DNA of 64,000 bases from Microcoleus sp. (GCA_052279835.1 CP181291.1:3456001-3520000), one strand, 5' to 3'; positions 1 to 10,223 are shown, counted from the first letter of the stretch. Made by a program: numbers and translations. The notes: generated by a model from the sequence alone, not told the origin.

Positions 1-592
1 CCTAGGGATCGCTTATGCTCTAGACTTGTGGGCTGGTCATGAATTTCCCACCATGACTGTTTTGACTCTCGTCGGCGCATTTTTAGCTTATATCTACTCT
101 GCGCCACCGTTGAAACTCAAGCAGAATGGTTGGTTGGGAAATTATGCCTTGGGTGCTAGTTACATTGCTTTGCCTTGGTGGGCTGGTCAAGCTTTGTTTG
201 GTAAACTAGATCCCACGATCATGATTTTGACCCTGTTTTACAGTTTGGCTGGGCTGGGAATTGCGATCGTTAATGATTTTAAAAGTGTTGAGGGCGATCG
301 CCAATTAGGGTTAAAATCTTTGCCAGTGATGTTTGGTATCGGCACCGCAGCTTGGATCTGCGTGTTGATGATCGACATATTTCAAGCCGGGATTGCAGGT
401 TACTTGATTAGCATCCACCAAAATCTGTACGCTGTCATTCTCCTGCTGCTGATTGTGCCCCAAATCACTTTTCAGGATATGTATTTTTTACGCAATCCTC
501 TCGAAAATGATGTTAAATATCAGGCAAGTGCTCAGCCTTTCCTGGTGTTGGGTATGCTGGTAGCAGCGTTGGCACTTGGTCATGCTGCTTAA
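1..592 (+). CDS. chlG: Chlorophyll synthase (5'-truncated by window edge)
   Basis: YSAPPLKLKQNGWLGNYALGASYIALPWWAGQ, NDFKSVEGD and ENDVKYQASAQPF are hallmark ChlG motifs. Confidence 0.97.
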   Translation, partial: LGIAYALDLWAGHEFPTMTVLTLVGAFLAYIYSAPPLKLKQNGWLGNYALGASYIALPWWAGQALFGKLDPTIMILTLFYSLAGLGIAIVNDFKSVEGDRQLGLKSLPVMFGIGTAAWICVLMIDIFQAGIAGYLISIHQNLYAVILLLLIVPQITFQDMYFLRNPLENDVKYQASAQPFLVLGMLVAALALGHAA

Positions 593-769
593 GCAAAGTT
601 CTGAGTGGGCGCTTTGGAATTAAATAATTTTTAATCCAAAATCCCGCAGTCAAAAATCAGTGCAATTGTATTGAAGAAAAATGTCAAGTTAAAAATTAAA
701 AATTGAAAAGGAACAGCCTTTTTAATTTTTAATTTTTAATTTAAATTGATGAGGTGTGAAGGTCTAAAC

Positions 770-3262
770 GTGGCAGAATTTTTCTCAAACATCAAAGATA
801 AGTTGAGCAAAGTCACTAACGCAATAAGTGGCAATTCCCATGCAGAATCGCCCCAGACAGCAGAGGACAATGAACTCGAATCGCCGTCATCGGAGGCGGA
901 ATTTTCTACACGGACAACGGCGGAAGAATGGGAGTATCTGGCACCAGAAGATCCAGCACCTCCAACAGAGTCGGAATTAGAACAGGAAACTGATAACTAT
1001 CCCATAGTTAAGCGCGATTGGGAAGGGTTGAAGCGTTTAATAGTGTGGTTGGAAATTGAAGATAAAGTTACCAGTTGGCAAGCAAAGGGAAAAGCATTGT
1101 TCCAACCTGGTCTGAATTTGTTGGATGCTAAATTGCCTAAAAAATCGGCAAGTAGCCAATTACCCGCAAGTACCGACATAGCAGAAAATAATGAACTAGC
1201 AGAAAATAACGAACTAGGAGAAAATAATGAACTAGCCGAAAATAGGAAAATACAGGGAAAGTTGAAAAAACTGCTGTCCCGTGGCCCTAAATTTTGGGTA
1301 GGAATCGGTGTTGCTAGTATTGGCGGTGGCGCTTTAATCTACTGTTTGTGGATTTTGCACACCTTAGATAAAAGTTTGCCGGATGTTAATGATTTGTCGG
1401 CTTTTAACCGCGATGGGACGCTGACAATTAAGGCAGCAGATAATACGATTTTGTTGCAATCGGGGCCTGCAACTAGAGATAAGTTGAAACTTAAAGAAAT
1501 TCCCGATCTGTTGATTAAAGCTTTTATTTCTATAGAAGACCGCCGTTTTTACGAACATCGCGGTGTGGATTATCAAGGTATTGTGCGATCGATTGTTTCT
1601 AATTTACTGGCGAGAGATTTGGTCCAGGGTGGCAGTACCATTACCCAACAATTAGCCCGCGTTGTTTTTCTCAATCAAGAAAGAAGTATTCGACGGAAGC
1701 TGCGGGAGGCTCTTTTGGCTCAGAAAATTGAGCGAGAGTTGAGTAAAGAACAAGTTTTAGAACGATACTTGAATTTGGTTTATTTGGGTTCTGATTCTTA
1801 TGGAGTCGCGGATGCAGCTTGGGTTTTCTTTAGCAAAACCGTTGATAAATTGACTTTGGCAGAAATGGCAACTTTGGCGGGTTTGCCTCCGGCACCGAGC
1901 GAATATTCGCCTTTGGTTAATCCGAATTTTGCGAAGAAGCGTCGCAATCTTGTGCTGGGACAAATGCAAGAAGCGAAGGTAATTACTGAGGCTCAAGCTA
2001 AGGAAGCGATGGAGGAACCTTTGACTGTTAAACAAAGTCCACCAAAGCGTTTTAAAGTGACTGCGCCTTATTTTGCGAGTTACATTAGAAAGGAATTGCC
2101 ACGCTATGTTTCTCAGGATGCTTTGGAAGCTGGTGGTTTGACTGTTGAGACGACGGTGGATTTGAAGTGGCAGAAAATCGCTGAAGAGGTGATTAAAAAT
2201 GCGATCGAAGTTGATGGCCGCCGTCAGGGTTTTGAACAGGCGGCTTTAGTTTCTATGGACACTAAGACTGGGGAAGTTAAAGCCCTCGTAGGCGGTGGAA
2301 GTTTTAAGGAAAGTCAATTTAATCGCGCTACTCAGGCTTTGCGGCAGCCCGGATCGACTTTTAAGGGGTTAGTTTATGCCACGGCGATGGGGGCTGGTTT
2401 TTCGCCTTATGATAGCTATGAAGACGAACCAATTATTATCGATGGCTATCAACCGAATAATTATGGCAAAAAGTTTAGCGGTTGGCGATCGATCTCTGAT
2501 GCCTTGACGAGTTCGGTGAATGTGGTGGCTGTCAAGGTGTTGATGGATGTTGGATTTGAACCAGTAATCAAATTAGCCCACGATATGGGAATTAAATCTA
2601 AATTGAGTCCCATTTATTCCCTGGCTTTGGGTTCTTCTGAGGTGAATTTGCTGGAGTTAACTAATGCTTACGGCACCTTGGCCGCCCAAGGTAATTTTAT
2701 TGAAGCCCACGGCATTACTCGCGTGATAAATCAACGGGGAGATGTGATTTATCAGGCTAATTTTAAACCGAAGCAGGTTTTGGATAAGGATAGTGCTGCT
2801 ATTACTACTTGGATGTTGGAGGGTGTGGTGCAGGGGGGTACAGGTAGCCCTGCGGCTTTAAACGATCGCGCTGTAGCGGGCAAAACCGGTACTTCGGAAA
2901 AAGTCAGGGATTTGTGGTTTATTGGCTACATTCCCCAGGTTGTGACTGGGGTTTGGTTAGGCAATGATGACAACTATCCCACCGGGGGAACTAGCGGTAC
3001 GGCTGCTTACAATTGGCGCGATTTTATGAGTCAAGCTGTGAAAGGAATGCCGGTTGAGGAATTTCCCAAATTGCCGAAGTTGGAGGGCCGCAAAGGTAGT
3101 ATTAAGCCCAAACCGGTGGAATCAAATCGGATTATTCGTGGCATGATTGTCAATGACGATGGCGCGATCGTCCCTTACAATCCTAATCCTGAACCTAGGC
3201 ATCGCGAGTGGCAAGATCCTGGTTATCAACAACCGAATAATTATCAAGAACCGCCACAATAA
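770..3262 (+). CDS. Class A penicillin-binding protein (PBP1A family, transglycosylase + transpeptidase) with long acidic N-terminal extension
   Basis: EDRRFYEH, GGSTITQQL, RKLREA, SxxK (GSTFK), KTGT motifs; one TM near aa 183-205; start GTG770 or TTG746. Confidence 0.93.
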   Translation: MAEFFSNIKDKLSKVTNAISGNSHAESPQTAEDNELESPSSEAEFSTRTTAEEWEYLAPEDPAPPTESELEQETDNYPIVKRDWEGLKRLIVWLEIEDKVTSWQAKGKALFQPGLNLLDAKLPKKSASSQLPASTDIAENNELAENNELGENNELAENRKIQGKLKKLLSRGPKFWVGIGVASIGGGALIYCLWILHTLDKSLPDVNDLSAFNRDGTLTIKAADNTILLQSGPATRDKLKLKEIPDLLIKAFISIEDRRFYEHRGVDYQGIVRSIVSNLLARDLVQGGSTITQQLARVVFLNQERSIRRKLREALLAQKIERELSKEQVLERYLNLVYLGSDSYGVADAAWVFFSKTVDKLTLAEMATLAGLPPAPSEYSPLVNPNFAKKRRNLVLGQMQEAKVITEAQAKEAMEEPLTVKQSPPKRFKVTAPYFASYIRKELPRYVSQDALEAGGLTVETTVDLKWQKIAEEVIKNAIEVDGRRQGFEQAALVSMDTKTGEVKALVGGGSFKESQFNRATQALRQPGSTFKGLVYATAMGAGFSPYDSYEDEPIIIDGYQPNNYGKKFSGWRSISDALTSSVNVVAVKVLMDVGFEPVIKLAHDMGIKSKLSPIYSLALGSSEVNLLELTNAYGTLAAQGNFIEAHGITRVINQRGDVIYQANFKPKQVLDKDSAAITTWMLEGVVQGGTGSPAALNDRAVAGKTGTSEKVRDLWFIGYIPQVVTGVWLGNDDNYPTGGTSGTAAYNWRDFMSQAVKGMPVEEFPKLPKLEGRKGSIKPKPVESNRIIRGMIVNDDGAIVPYNPNPEPRHREWQDPGYQQPNNYQEPPQ

Positions 3263-3274
3263 GGACTTTAGTCT

Positions 3275-4963
3275 TTATTTCTCACCTCGTTTTAACCGCA
3301 CCATAAAAAAGCCGTCCATTTGATAGCGATGGGGCCAAATTTTTACCCATCCTTCCGGTGATGGCTGTACTGGTAAATCTATGGTGGGCGGTTCGATTTG
3401 CCACTCAGGATTGCTGTCTAAGAACGATCGCACAACTCGTTCATTTTCTAAAGGATGAATCGTGCAAGTTGCGTAAACTAATACGCCACCGGACTTGACA
3501 AATGTCGCTGAATTTGTTAGCAATTCCGATTGCAGTTGGGATTGTTGCTGGATATTTTCCGCTGTGTGATGCCAACGGGCATCAGGCCGACGATGGAGGG
3601 TGCCAAGGCCAGAACAAGGTGCATCTAATAAAACTCTGTCTGCGAGGTTAATAAACTCAGGAAAATGGCGGCTGTCTCCGGTATGAATTTGGATTGATTT
3701 CATCTGGAGTCTGTTAGCATTTTCTTTAAGTCTTTTGAGTCTATTTGCAGTTTTGTCGCAGGCATAAATCCTACCTGTATCGCCGATTAATTCGGCAATG
3801 TGGGTAGTTTTTCCTCCCGGTGCGGCGCACGCATCAATGATGGTTTCCCCCGGTTGCGGATCGAGTAAATGGGTGACTAATTGAGCGCTACTATCTTGGA
3901 TTGTCCACCAACCTTCACTATATCCGGGGAGATTTTGAATTGCGCCACTGCTGCCATTTATTCTTAGGGCTTGTGGCAAGTATGGGATTCTGCTAACGCT
4001 GATATTTTTGGCTTTGAAGGCGGTTTCGATTTGGTCAATTGTACTTTTTAAAGGATTAATTCTGAGGTCTATTGTGGGGGATTGATTGAACCATTCACAT
4101 AGTTTTTCTGTTTCGGTTTCGCCTAGTTCTTCGATCCACATTTCGATTATCCAGTCGGGGAAACTGTGCTGAATTCCTAGGCGTTGGATGGGGTTTTCGG
4201 GTAGTTTTAAGGAATTTAAACCCCCCCTAGCCCCCCCTTGGTAAGGGGGGGGATTAGAGGTGGTTTTAGTCTCTGGTTGTGGAGGGGAATTAGGACTATT
4301 CTTAGCCCCCCCTTGATAAGGGGGGGTTGGGGGGGTTTCAGTCTCTGGTTGTGGTTCGGGATTTAAACCCCCCCTAGCCCCCCCTTGGTAAGGGGGGGGA
4401 TTAGAGGTGGTTTCAGTCTCTGGTTGTGGAGGGGAATTAGGAGTATTCTTAGCCCCCCCTTGGTAAGGGGGGGGATTAGAGGTGATTTCAGTCTCTGGTT
4501 GTGGAGGGAAATTAGGATTATTCTTAGCCCCCCCTTGATAAGGGGGGGTTGGGGGGGTTAAACGAATATACTGTCGCAACAAACCATTGACAAAACTGCT
4601 GAGTCCTGAAAAGCCGTTTTCTTTTGCTAGTTGAACTGTCGTGTTGACGGCGGCGGAGGGGGGAATGTGGTTGAGATATTCGAGTTGATATAAGCCTAAA
4701 TGTAGGATGGTGCGAAGTTCGGGGGGTTGTTGGGATGATTTTTTGGTGGCTAGTTTGTCGATGATAAAGTCGATCGCCCGCATTCTCCTGACACTACCAT
4801 AAACTAATTCTGTGACTAAACGGCGATCGAGGTCGGTGAGTTGACAATTGCGAAAAGTGCGATCGAGGGCGACATCTGCAAATGCACCGCGGCGGTGGAC
4901 TTCGCGGAGGGCGAGAAAGGCTATTTGGCGGGGATTTTGCATGGAGGATTGTTGATCTGTCAA
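3275..4963 (-). CDS. rsmB: 16S rRNA m5C967 methyltransferase RsmB/Sun with in-frame repeat insertion
   Basis: NusB-like N-terminus, IDACAAPGGKT, LLDAPCSG, YATCT, DGFF motifs. Confidence 0.95.
   Translation of the reverse strand: MTDQQSSMQNPRQIAFLALREVHRRGAFADVALDRTFRNCQLTDLDRRLVTELVYGSVRRMRAIDFIIDKLATKKSSQQPPELRTILHLGLYQLEYLNHIPPSAAVNTTVQLAKENGFSGLSSFVNGLLRQYIRLTPPTPPYQGGAKNNPNFPPQPETEITSNPPPYQGGAKNTPNSPPQPETETTSNPPPYQGGARGGLNPEPQPETETPPTPPYQGGAKNSPNSPPQPETKTTSNPPPYQGGARGGLNSLKLPENPIQRLGIQHSFPDWIIEMWIEELGETETEKLCEWFNQSPTIDLRINPLKSTIDQIETAFKAKNISVSRIPYLPQALRINGSSGAIQNLPGYSEGWWTIQDSSAQLVTHLLDPQPGETIIDACAAPGGKTTHIAELIGDTGRIYACDKTANRLKRLKENANRLQMKSIQIHTGDSRHFPEFINLADRVLLDAPCSGLGTLHRRPDARWHHTAENIQQQSQLQSELLTNSATFVKSGGVLVYATCTIHPLENERVVRSFLDSNPEWQIEPPTIDLPVQPSPEGWVKIWPHRYQMDGFFMVRLKRGEK
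4214..4560. repeat. Five copies of a C-rich/G-rich hairpin repeat (CCCCCCTT..AAGGGGGG) inside rsmB
   Basis: Translated as 5x PPYQGG units; same motif occurs intergenically at ~22561-22646 and ~50071-50225. Confidence 0.9.
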
Positions 4964-4988
4964 GTCATTATAGGTGATTCAAATACCC

Positions 4989-5101
4989 GGTGGTTGAAAC
5001 CGCGTCTACACAAACAAAACCCGCCTTCGCGGGTTGAATTTCATTTCTTCCGTCCGCGTAGGCGGACATCGTTTGTGTAGCCGCGATTTACAATCGCCGG
5101 G
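4989..5101. repeat. Palindromic miniature repeat family A (GGTTGAAACCGC..ACAAAC..; REP/MITE-like)
   Basis: Two inverted halves; related copies at ~10497-10546, ~15300-15368, ~58665-58712. Confidence 0.8.
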
Positions 5102-5105
5102 GGTC

Positions 5106-5843
5106 TCAAATGTCCTCTGGATTTATGCCCATTTCTCGGAGTTTTTCAGAAAGGCGATCGGCTTTTTGCTGTACCAACTCTTTCTCTTGTCGTTGTTGTT
5201 CCATTTGTTGCTGTGTTAATTCCATTTGTTGCTGTGTTAATTCCATTTGTTGCTGTACTAATTCCTTTTGTCTTGACAACTCCACATAAGACAAAAATTT
5301 CAATCCGTCAGGCTGATAAATTTCCAAGTCTCCCGATGCAGTTTCAAAACGAATTTCCAAGCGCGGACTCACCCAACCCTCCATTGATTCAATATAGTTG
5401 AGTTTTCCGTCACTTCGCAACCAACCTATTAACTCATTATCCTCTGGACTGTAGACATAATATTCTTCAACTCCATAATCCTCGTAGAACTTAAACAGCT
5501 TAAACATTGGTCCCATGCGGTTGCCGGGGGAGATGATTTCAAAGACAACTTGCGGCGCAATATTATCTTCCAGCCACTGTTGGTAGGAACCTCTGTCGCC
5601 TTTAGGTCTGCCAAAGACTACCATAGTATCAGGTGCTTGACGAGTTTTGTTATCTCCTTCGACGGGATACCACAGCAAGTCACCTGCTACAAACACATTT
5701 TCGTTGTCTTTGAATAAGGCATCTATGCCGCCTTGAATTTTTACGATTAATTGGAACTGTTTGGTATTGTCAGACATGGGTTTTCCGTCGCTGTCTGGGT
5801 AGATGATTGCTGGCAAAGTTTGAGTGGGAATTGTTGTTGTCAT
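5106..5843 (-). CDS. Uma2 family (PD-(D/E)XK) endonuclease
   Basis: YPDSDGKPMSDNT, APD, VVFEIISP, YGVEEYY; C-terminal coiled coil from 21-bp tandem repeats. Confidence 0.92.
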   Translation of the reverse strand: MTTTIPTQTLPAIIYPDSDGKPMSDNTKQFQLIVKIQGGIDALFKDNENVFVAGDLLWYPVEGDNKTRQAPDTMVVFGRPKGDRGSYQQWLEDNIAPQVVFEIISPGNRMGPMFKLFKFYEDYGVEEYYVYSPEDNELIGWLRSDGKLNYIESMEGWVSPRLEIRFETASGDLEIYQPDGLKFLSYVELSRQKELVQQQMELTQQQMELTQQQMEQQRQEKELVQQKADRLSEKLREMGINPEDI

Positions 5844-5914
5844 GGGGATGACTCCATTGCTAGTAGCATGAATTTCTATTTTATACCTATTTTATATGAC
5901 TTACACATGGGGCT

Positions 5915-6070
5915 GAGAAACCGGGTTTTTTTACGAAAAGATGCGTTGTAACCGACTGATTCGGTGAAAAACCCGGTTTCTTTATTCGGAGTGCATGGGG
6001 GCCGAGAAACCGGGTTTTTACGAAAATACTTCGTTCGTACTCGAAGATTTGGTAAAAAACCCGGTTTCTT
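5915..6070. repeat. Two tandem copies of hairpin repeat family B (GAAACCGGGTTT...AAACCCGGTTTC)
   Basis: Inverted arms visible in each copy; third copy at ~34332-34397. Confidence 0.85.
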
Positions 6071-6097
6071 TGTCGGAGTGCGTAAATCCTGTGTTAC

Positions 6098-9000
6098 TTA
6101 TTCTATTTTTCCTGATACCAACGGTTCTAATAAATGGCGTTCTTCAATGGGAAGTTCTAGCAAAACTCGTCTGTCGCCCTTGGTTTCCTTATAGCGGACA
6201 GCGGCATTTAGCAGGCGCATGGGAATTTGGAATTGTTCGTAGTTGTTGGTTGGTTCTTGCCACAATTCTAACCATGTGCGGGCGGCTTTGTCGCTGACCA
6301 TTTCTGACATGAGCGCCGGGATGTTTCGCACGATTCCCTGTCCTAAGATTGAGAGATATTTGTATTTTTCGTAAACTGCAATTAGGCTGGTGATGCGAGT
6401 TTTAGTCATCGGATCTTGCGTGTTTGCGAACAGGTTACGGATAATTAACTCAGGCTCATCTGGACTAGCTTCGTCGTCTGCTTCGAGGCGTTGGAATGCG
6501 TCGTCTAAGGCAGTGATGCCTTCATCCCAAAGATTCAATCCGAGAATGGCAATGGCGCGATTGAAGAAGACAGATGAATGTTGATCACCAAGTGCGATCG
6601 CCTTATCGCAAGCTATTAAAGCTTCTTCATAGCGGCCGAGATTAATTAGTATCCAACATCTGAGCAGCCAAGCCCGCTGATCATTAGCGTCAAGTTTGAT
6701 TGCTTTGTCACAATATATTAAAGCTTCTTCATAAGATGCTAAACTTTCTTCATAGCGTTGCAGGATGTTGAGTATAAAACCTCGGCATGCCCAAGTAAAA
6801 TCATTAACGTCTAGTTCGATCGCCCGATCGAAGGATGCTAAAGCTTCATCATAGCGCTTGAGCTTGTAGAGTACATAGCCTCGATTAAACCAGGCCGACT
6901 GATAATTGGCATCAAGTTCGATCGCCCGATCGTAAGAGGCTAAAGCTTCATCATAGCGTTTGAGGTTGTAGAGTACATCGCCTCGATTAGCCCAAGCCCA
7001 GTCATAATTGGCATCAAGTTCGATCGCCCGATCGAAGGATGCTAAAGCTTCATCATAGCGTTTGAGGTTGTAGAGTACATCGCCTCGATTAGCCCAAGCC
7101 CAGTCATAATTGGCATCAAGTTCGAGCGCGCGATCGTAAGATGCTAAAGCTTCATCATAGCGTTTGAGGTTGTCGAGTACATCGCCTCGCCTACGCCAAG
7201 CCCACTGATAATTGGCATCAAGTTCGATCGCCCGATCGTAAGATGCTAAGGCTTCATCATAGCGTTTGAGGTTGTTGAGTACATAGCCTCGATTAGCCCA
7301 AGCCCACTGATAATTAGCATCAAGTTCGATCGCCCGATCGTAAGATGCTAAGGCTTCATCATAGCGTTTGAGGTTGTCGAGTACATCGCCTCGCCTACGC
7401 CAAGCCCACTGATAATTGGCATCAAGTTCGATCGCCCGATCGTAAGATGCTAAGGCTTCATCATAGCGTTTGAGGTTGTCGAGTACATCGCCTCGCCTAC
7501 GCCAAGCCCACTGATCATTAGCATCAAGTTCGATCGCCCGATCGAAGGATGCTAAAGCTTCATCATAGCGTTTGAGGTTGTCGAGTACATCGCCTCGTAC
7601 AACCCAAGCCGACTGATAATTAGCATCAAGTTCGATCGCGCGATCGAAGGATGCCAAGGCTTCATCATAGCGTTTGAGGTTGTTGAGTACGTTGCCTCGT
7701 AAAGCCCAAGCAAACTGATAATTGGCATAAAGTTCGATCGCCCGATCGTAAGATGCTAAGGCTTCATCATAGCGTTTGAGGTTGTCGAGTACATCGCCTC
7801 GCCTACGCCAAGCCCACTGATCATTAGCATCAAGTTCGATCGCGCGATCGAAGGATGCTAAAGCTTCATCATAGCGTTTGAGGTTGTAGAGTACATCGCC
7901 TCGATTAGCCCAAGCCCAGTCATAATTGGCATCAAGTTCGAGCGCGCGATCGTAAGATGCTAAAGCTTCATCATAGCGTTTGAGGTTTTTGAGTACATGG
8001 CCTCGTAAAACCCAAGCCCAGTCATAATTAGCATCAAGTTCGAGCGCGCGATCGTAAGATGCTAAAGCTTCATCGTAGCGTTTGAGGTTGTTGAGTACAT
8101 TGCCTCGCCTACGCCAAGTCCATCGATCATTAGAATCAAGTTCGATCGCCCGATCGTAAGATGCTAAAGCTTCATCATAGCGTTCGAGGTTGTTGAGTAC
8201 ATAGCCTCGATTAGCCCAAGCCGACTGATAATTAGCATCAAGTGCGATCGCCTTATCTAAGGATACTAAGGCTTCATTATATTGTTGAAGTACGTCCCGT
8301 ATATAAACTAGACCACTTCGATTCCAATTTCTCGCATAATTGGCATCTTTTTCAATAGCCTTATCTAAACATTCTAAAGCTTCATCGTGACGTTTAAGTC
8401 TACTTAAACAGCGTCCCTTTTCCAACCAATCCTTTGCCTCACCGCGACTTGCTACCAGTTTCTCCGCATATTCTAAAGCCGAAACATGATCTTTTTGTTC
8501 GCGACAATTTTCAATTTCATCAAAATAAGCCTTAAAACGCGGATCTTCCTCATTGCTTTCAATCTCCTCCAGCGCCCGCGTATAATATTCTCGTTCCATC
8601 ACAGCATCAGGAGGAATCGGTTCCAAATTTCGCCGATACTCAAAACGACTTTCCTTGTCCCCAAAATCCACATCCGCCATCCTCAATCCCAATCGCTGCT
8701 GCAACTCTGCCTTCGTATACCAAACCCGCAAAAAATCCACAAACAATCTAACCGGTTCATTGCGCTGCTTCTTCACTTCCAAACAAAAACGCATCAGCGG
8801 TTCCCGCAATTCGTACCAAGACTCCCGCCCGATTTCTTCAGTTTTCACATAACCCTTTTGCCGCAAATCCTTCAATTGACTCGATGCAGTTTGTTGAGAG
8901 ATAAAACAGCGCTTTGCAATTTCTTTCACCGGGGCCGCGCGGCGCAAATCTGCCAAAAAATCCACAATCTTGCGCTGCTGATTTGAGATATATTTCATCC

Positions 9001-9886
9001 GATCCTGGTAATAGGGCGTTAAATCGTCCAGCATCGCCATAAATGCTTCCACCAGTCCATTGAGAGATTCCCGGTTCACCAAAAAATCGGAGAAAACCAT
9101 ATAGATGCGGGGACTGCCCCCAGACAGGAAATGCACAACTTTAATCCGATTGCGCCCCGTGGAATTTTGAATAAAAGCTGCTAATTCTGTCTTGCCTTCC
9201 AAGCTAGCAATCTGATTTAATAAATTTACAGCATCATCGAGTGATAATTCATTGAGATTGTGAGAATAAAAAAAGCCATAAAAAGGTTTGTCACGGCTTT
9301 CAATGCCATCAAACAAACTTTGGGAAGTTGCCAAAATAGTAAAAAAACTATTATTTTGAATATAAGCCCTAAACTCCTTTTGTCCGATATCGCCCAACCC
9401 ACCAAACACATCATCCAAATTTTCCACAATCAACAGCAAAACGCGCTTTCCCACAAAATCTCTCAACAATTGTGCCGCCACAGATTCCGCATCTTCCGGC
9501 GACAACTCATACAGCCCTTCGACAGCATCGTGTAACTCAGTCTGATATTCTGCCGGATATTCTTTACCAATGGCACGCAATATGGCAATCAATAAATCCA
9601 AGAAAGATGCTATTCCATACTCTTCTTCTCGCAGCCAAGCAATTAGCAATTTATCCTGCAAATCCTCCATATTCGCAACGCGGTGATAAATCAGAGATAC
9701 CAAGTGAGTTTTGCCAATGCCGCGCGGGCCGATTAGGAGTTGATAATGTCTGTTGTCTGTGGTGGCGCTATCTCGGATGTTATCTACTAAATAATTGGCG
9801 AGTTGGTGACGCTGGACGAGGATGGCTTCGAGGGTTTCGGGGGCCATCAAGCTAGGGGTAAATCGAGAGATTATTGTGTTTTTCAT
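6098..9886 (-). CDS. STAND-like P-loop ATPase + winged HTH + long TPR array
   Basis: Walker A GPRGIGKT, Walker B LLLIVENLD, GGSPR, HTH (VKEIAKRCFISQQTASSQLKDLRQKGYV), 14 near-identical plus several degenerate TPRs. Confidence 0.9.
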   Translation of the reverse strand: MKNTIISRFTPSLMAPETLEAILVQRHQLANYLVDNIRDSATTDNRHYQLLIGPRGIGKTHLVSLIYHRVANMEDLQDKLLIAWLREEEYGIASFLDLLIAILRAIGKEYPAEYQTELHDAVEGLYELSPEDAESVAAQLLRDFVGKRVLLLIVENLDDVFGGLGDIGQKEFRAYIQNNSFFTILATSQSLFDGIESRDKPFYGFFYSHNLNELSLDDAVNLLNQIASLEGKTELAAFIQNSTGRNRIKVVHFLSGGSPRIYMVFSDFLVNRESLNGLVEAFMAMLDDLTPYYQDRMKYISNQQRKIVDFLADLRRAAPVKEIAKRCFISQQTASSQLKDLRQKGYVKTEEIGRESWYELREPLMRFCLEVKKQRNEPVRLFVDFLRVWYTKAELQQRLGLRMADVDFGDKESRFEYRRNLEPIPPDAVMEREYYTRALEEIESNEEDPRFKAYFDEIENCREQKDHVSALEYAEKLVASRGEAKDWLEKGRCLSRLKRHDEALECLDKAIEKDANYARNWNRSGLVYIRDVLQQYNEALVSLDKAIALDANYQSAWANRGYVLNNLERYDEALASYDRAIELDSNDRWTWRRRGNVLNNLKRYDEALASYDRALELDANYDWAWVLRGHVLKNLKRYDEALASYDRALELDANYDWAWANRGDVLYNLKRYDEALASFDRAIELDANDQWAWRRRGDVLDNLKRYDEALASYDRAIELYANYQFAWALRGNVLNNLKRYDEALASFDRAIELDANYQSAWVVRGDVLDNLKRYDEALASFDRAIELDANDQWAWRRRGDVLDNLKRYDEALASYDRAIELDANYQWAWRRRGDVLDNLKRYDEALASYDRAIELDANYQWAWANRGYVLNNLKRYDEALASYDRAIELDANYQWAWRRRGDVLDNLKRYDEALASYDRALELDANYDWAWANRGDVLYNLKRYDEALASFDRAIELDANYDWAWANRGDVLYNLKRYDEALASYDRAIELDANYQSAWFNRGYVLYKLKRYDEALASFDRAIELDVNDFTWACRGFILNILQRYEESLASYEEALIYCDKAIKLDANDQRAWLLRCWILINLGRYEEALIACDKAIALGDQHSSVFFNRAIAILGLNLWDEGITALDDAFQRLEADDEASPDEPELIIRNLFANTQDPMTKTRITSLIAVYEKYKYLSILGQGIVRNIPALMSEMVSDKAARTWLELWQEPTNNYEQFQIPMRLLNAAVRYKETKGDRRVLLELPIEERHLLEPLVSGKIE
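6812..8239 (-). repeat. 14 x 102-bp near-identical TPR-coding tandem repeats
   Basis: Consensus DANYQWAWxxRGxVLxNLKRYDEALAS(Y/F)DRA(I/L)EL; high identity at DNA level. Confidence 0.95.
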
Positions 9887-9947
9887 GGGTTGATTTTGTT
9901 GGTTATTTTGTTAGTTTGCCCGGCCGCTAGTCTCTCTGCTAACCCGA

Positions 9948-10008
9948 TAGTCCGCCAGGGGTTTAAACCCCTGGCTCATAGCGAAAGTCCTCTGAAAGAG
10001 GACTGAAG
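9948..10008. repeat. Half copy of hairpin repeat family D (AGTCCTCT..AGAGGACT)
   Basis: Similar to the internal part of 45906-46041. Confidence 0.7.
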
Positions 10009-10030
10009 AAGTCATTAGTTAACTGGTTTA

Positions 10031-10223
10031 ACTGGTTCCTAGGCTCTGCCTGGGAACCCATGTCTAGAGGCTCTGCCTCGTTTTTAACTGGTTTTTAACT
10101 GGTTTTAACTGGTTCCTAGGCTCTGCCTGGGAACCCATGTCTAGAGGCTCTGCCTCGTTTCCGAAAAGAACATTGGAGGCAGAGCCTCCGGATCTGCGTT
10201 ACCAGGCAGAGCCTGGTAACGAG
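10031..10223. repeat. Palindromic repeat family C (GGCTCTGCC..GGCAGAGCC): one partial and one full copy
   Basis: CTAGGCTCTGCCTGGGAACCCATGTCTAGAGGCTCTGCCTCG duplicated; nested inverted repeats. Confidence 0.85.

Noticed and set aside
5751..6297. Short plus-strand ORFs containing KNPVS / EKPGF / RNRVF
   Set aside because: Translations of repeat family B
6812..8239. Diversity-generating retroelement target
   Set aside because: No reverse transcriptase or separate template repeat in the window; differences are not adenine-restricted and recur as whole cassettes
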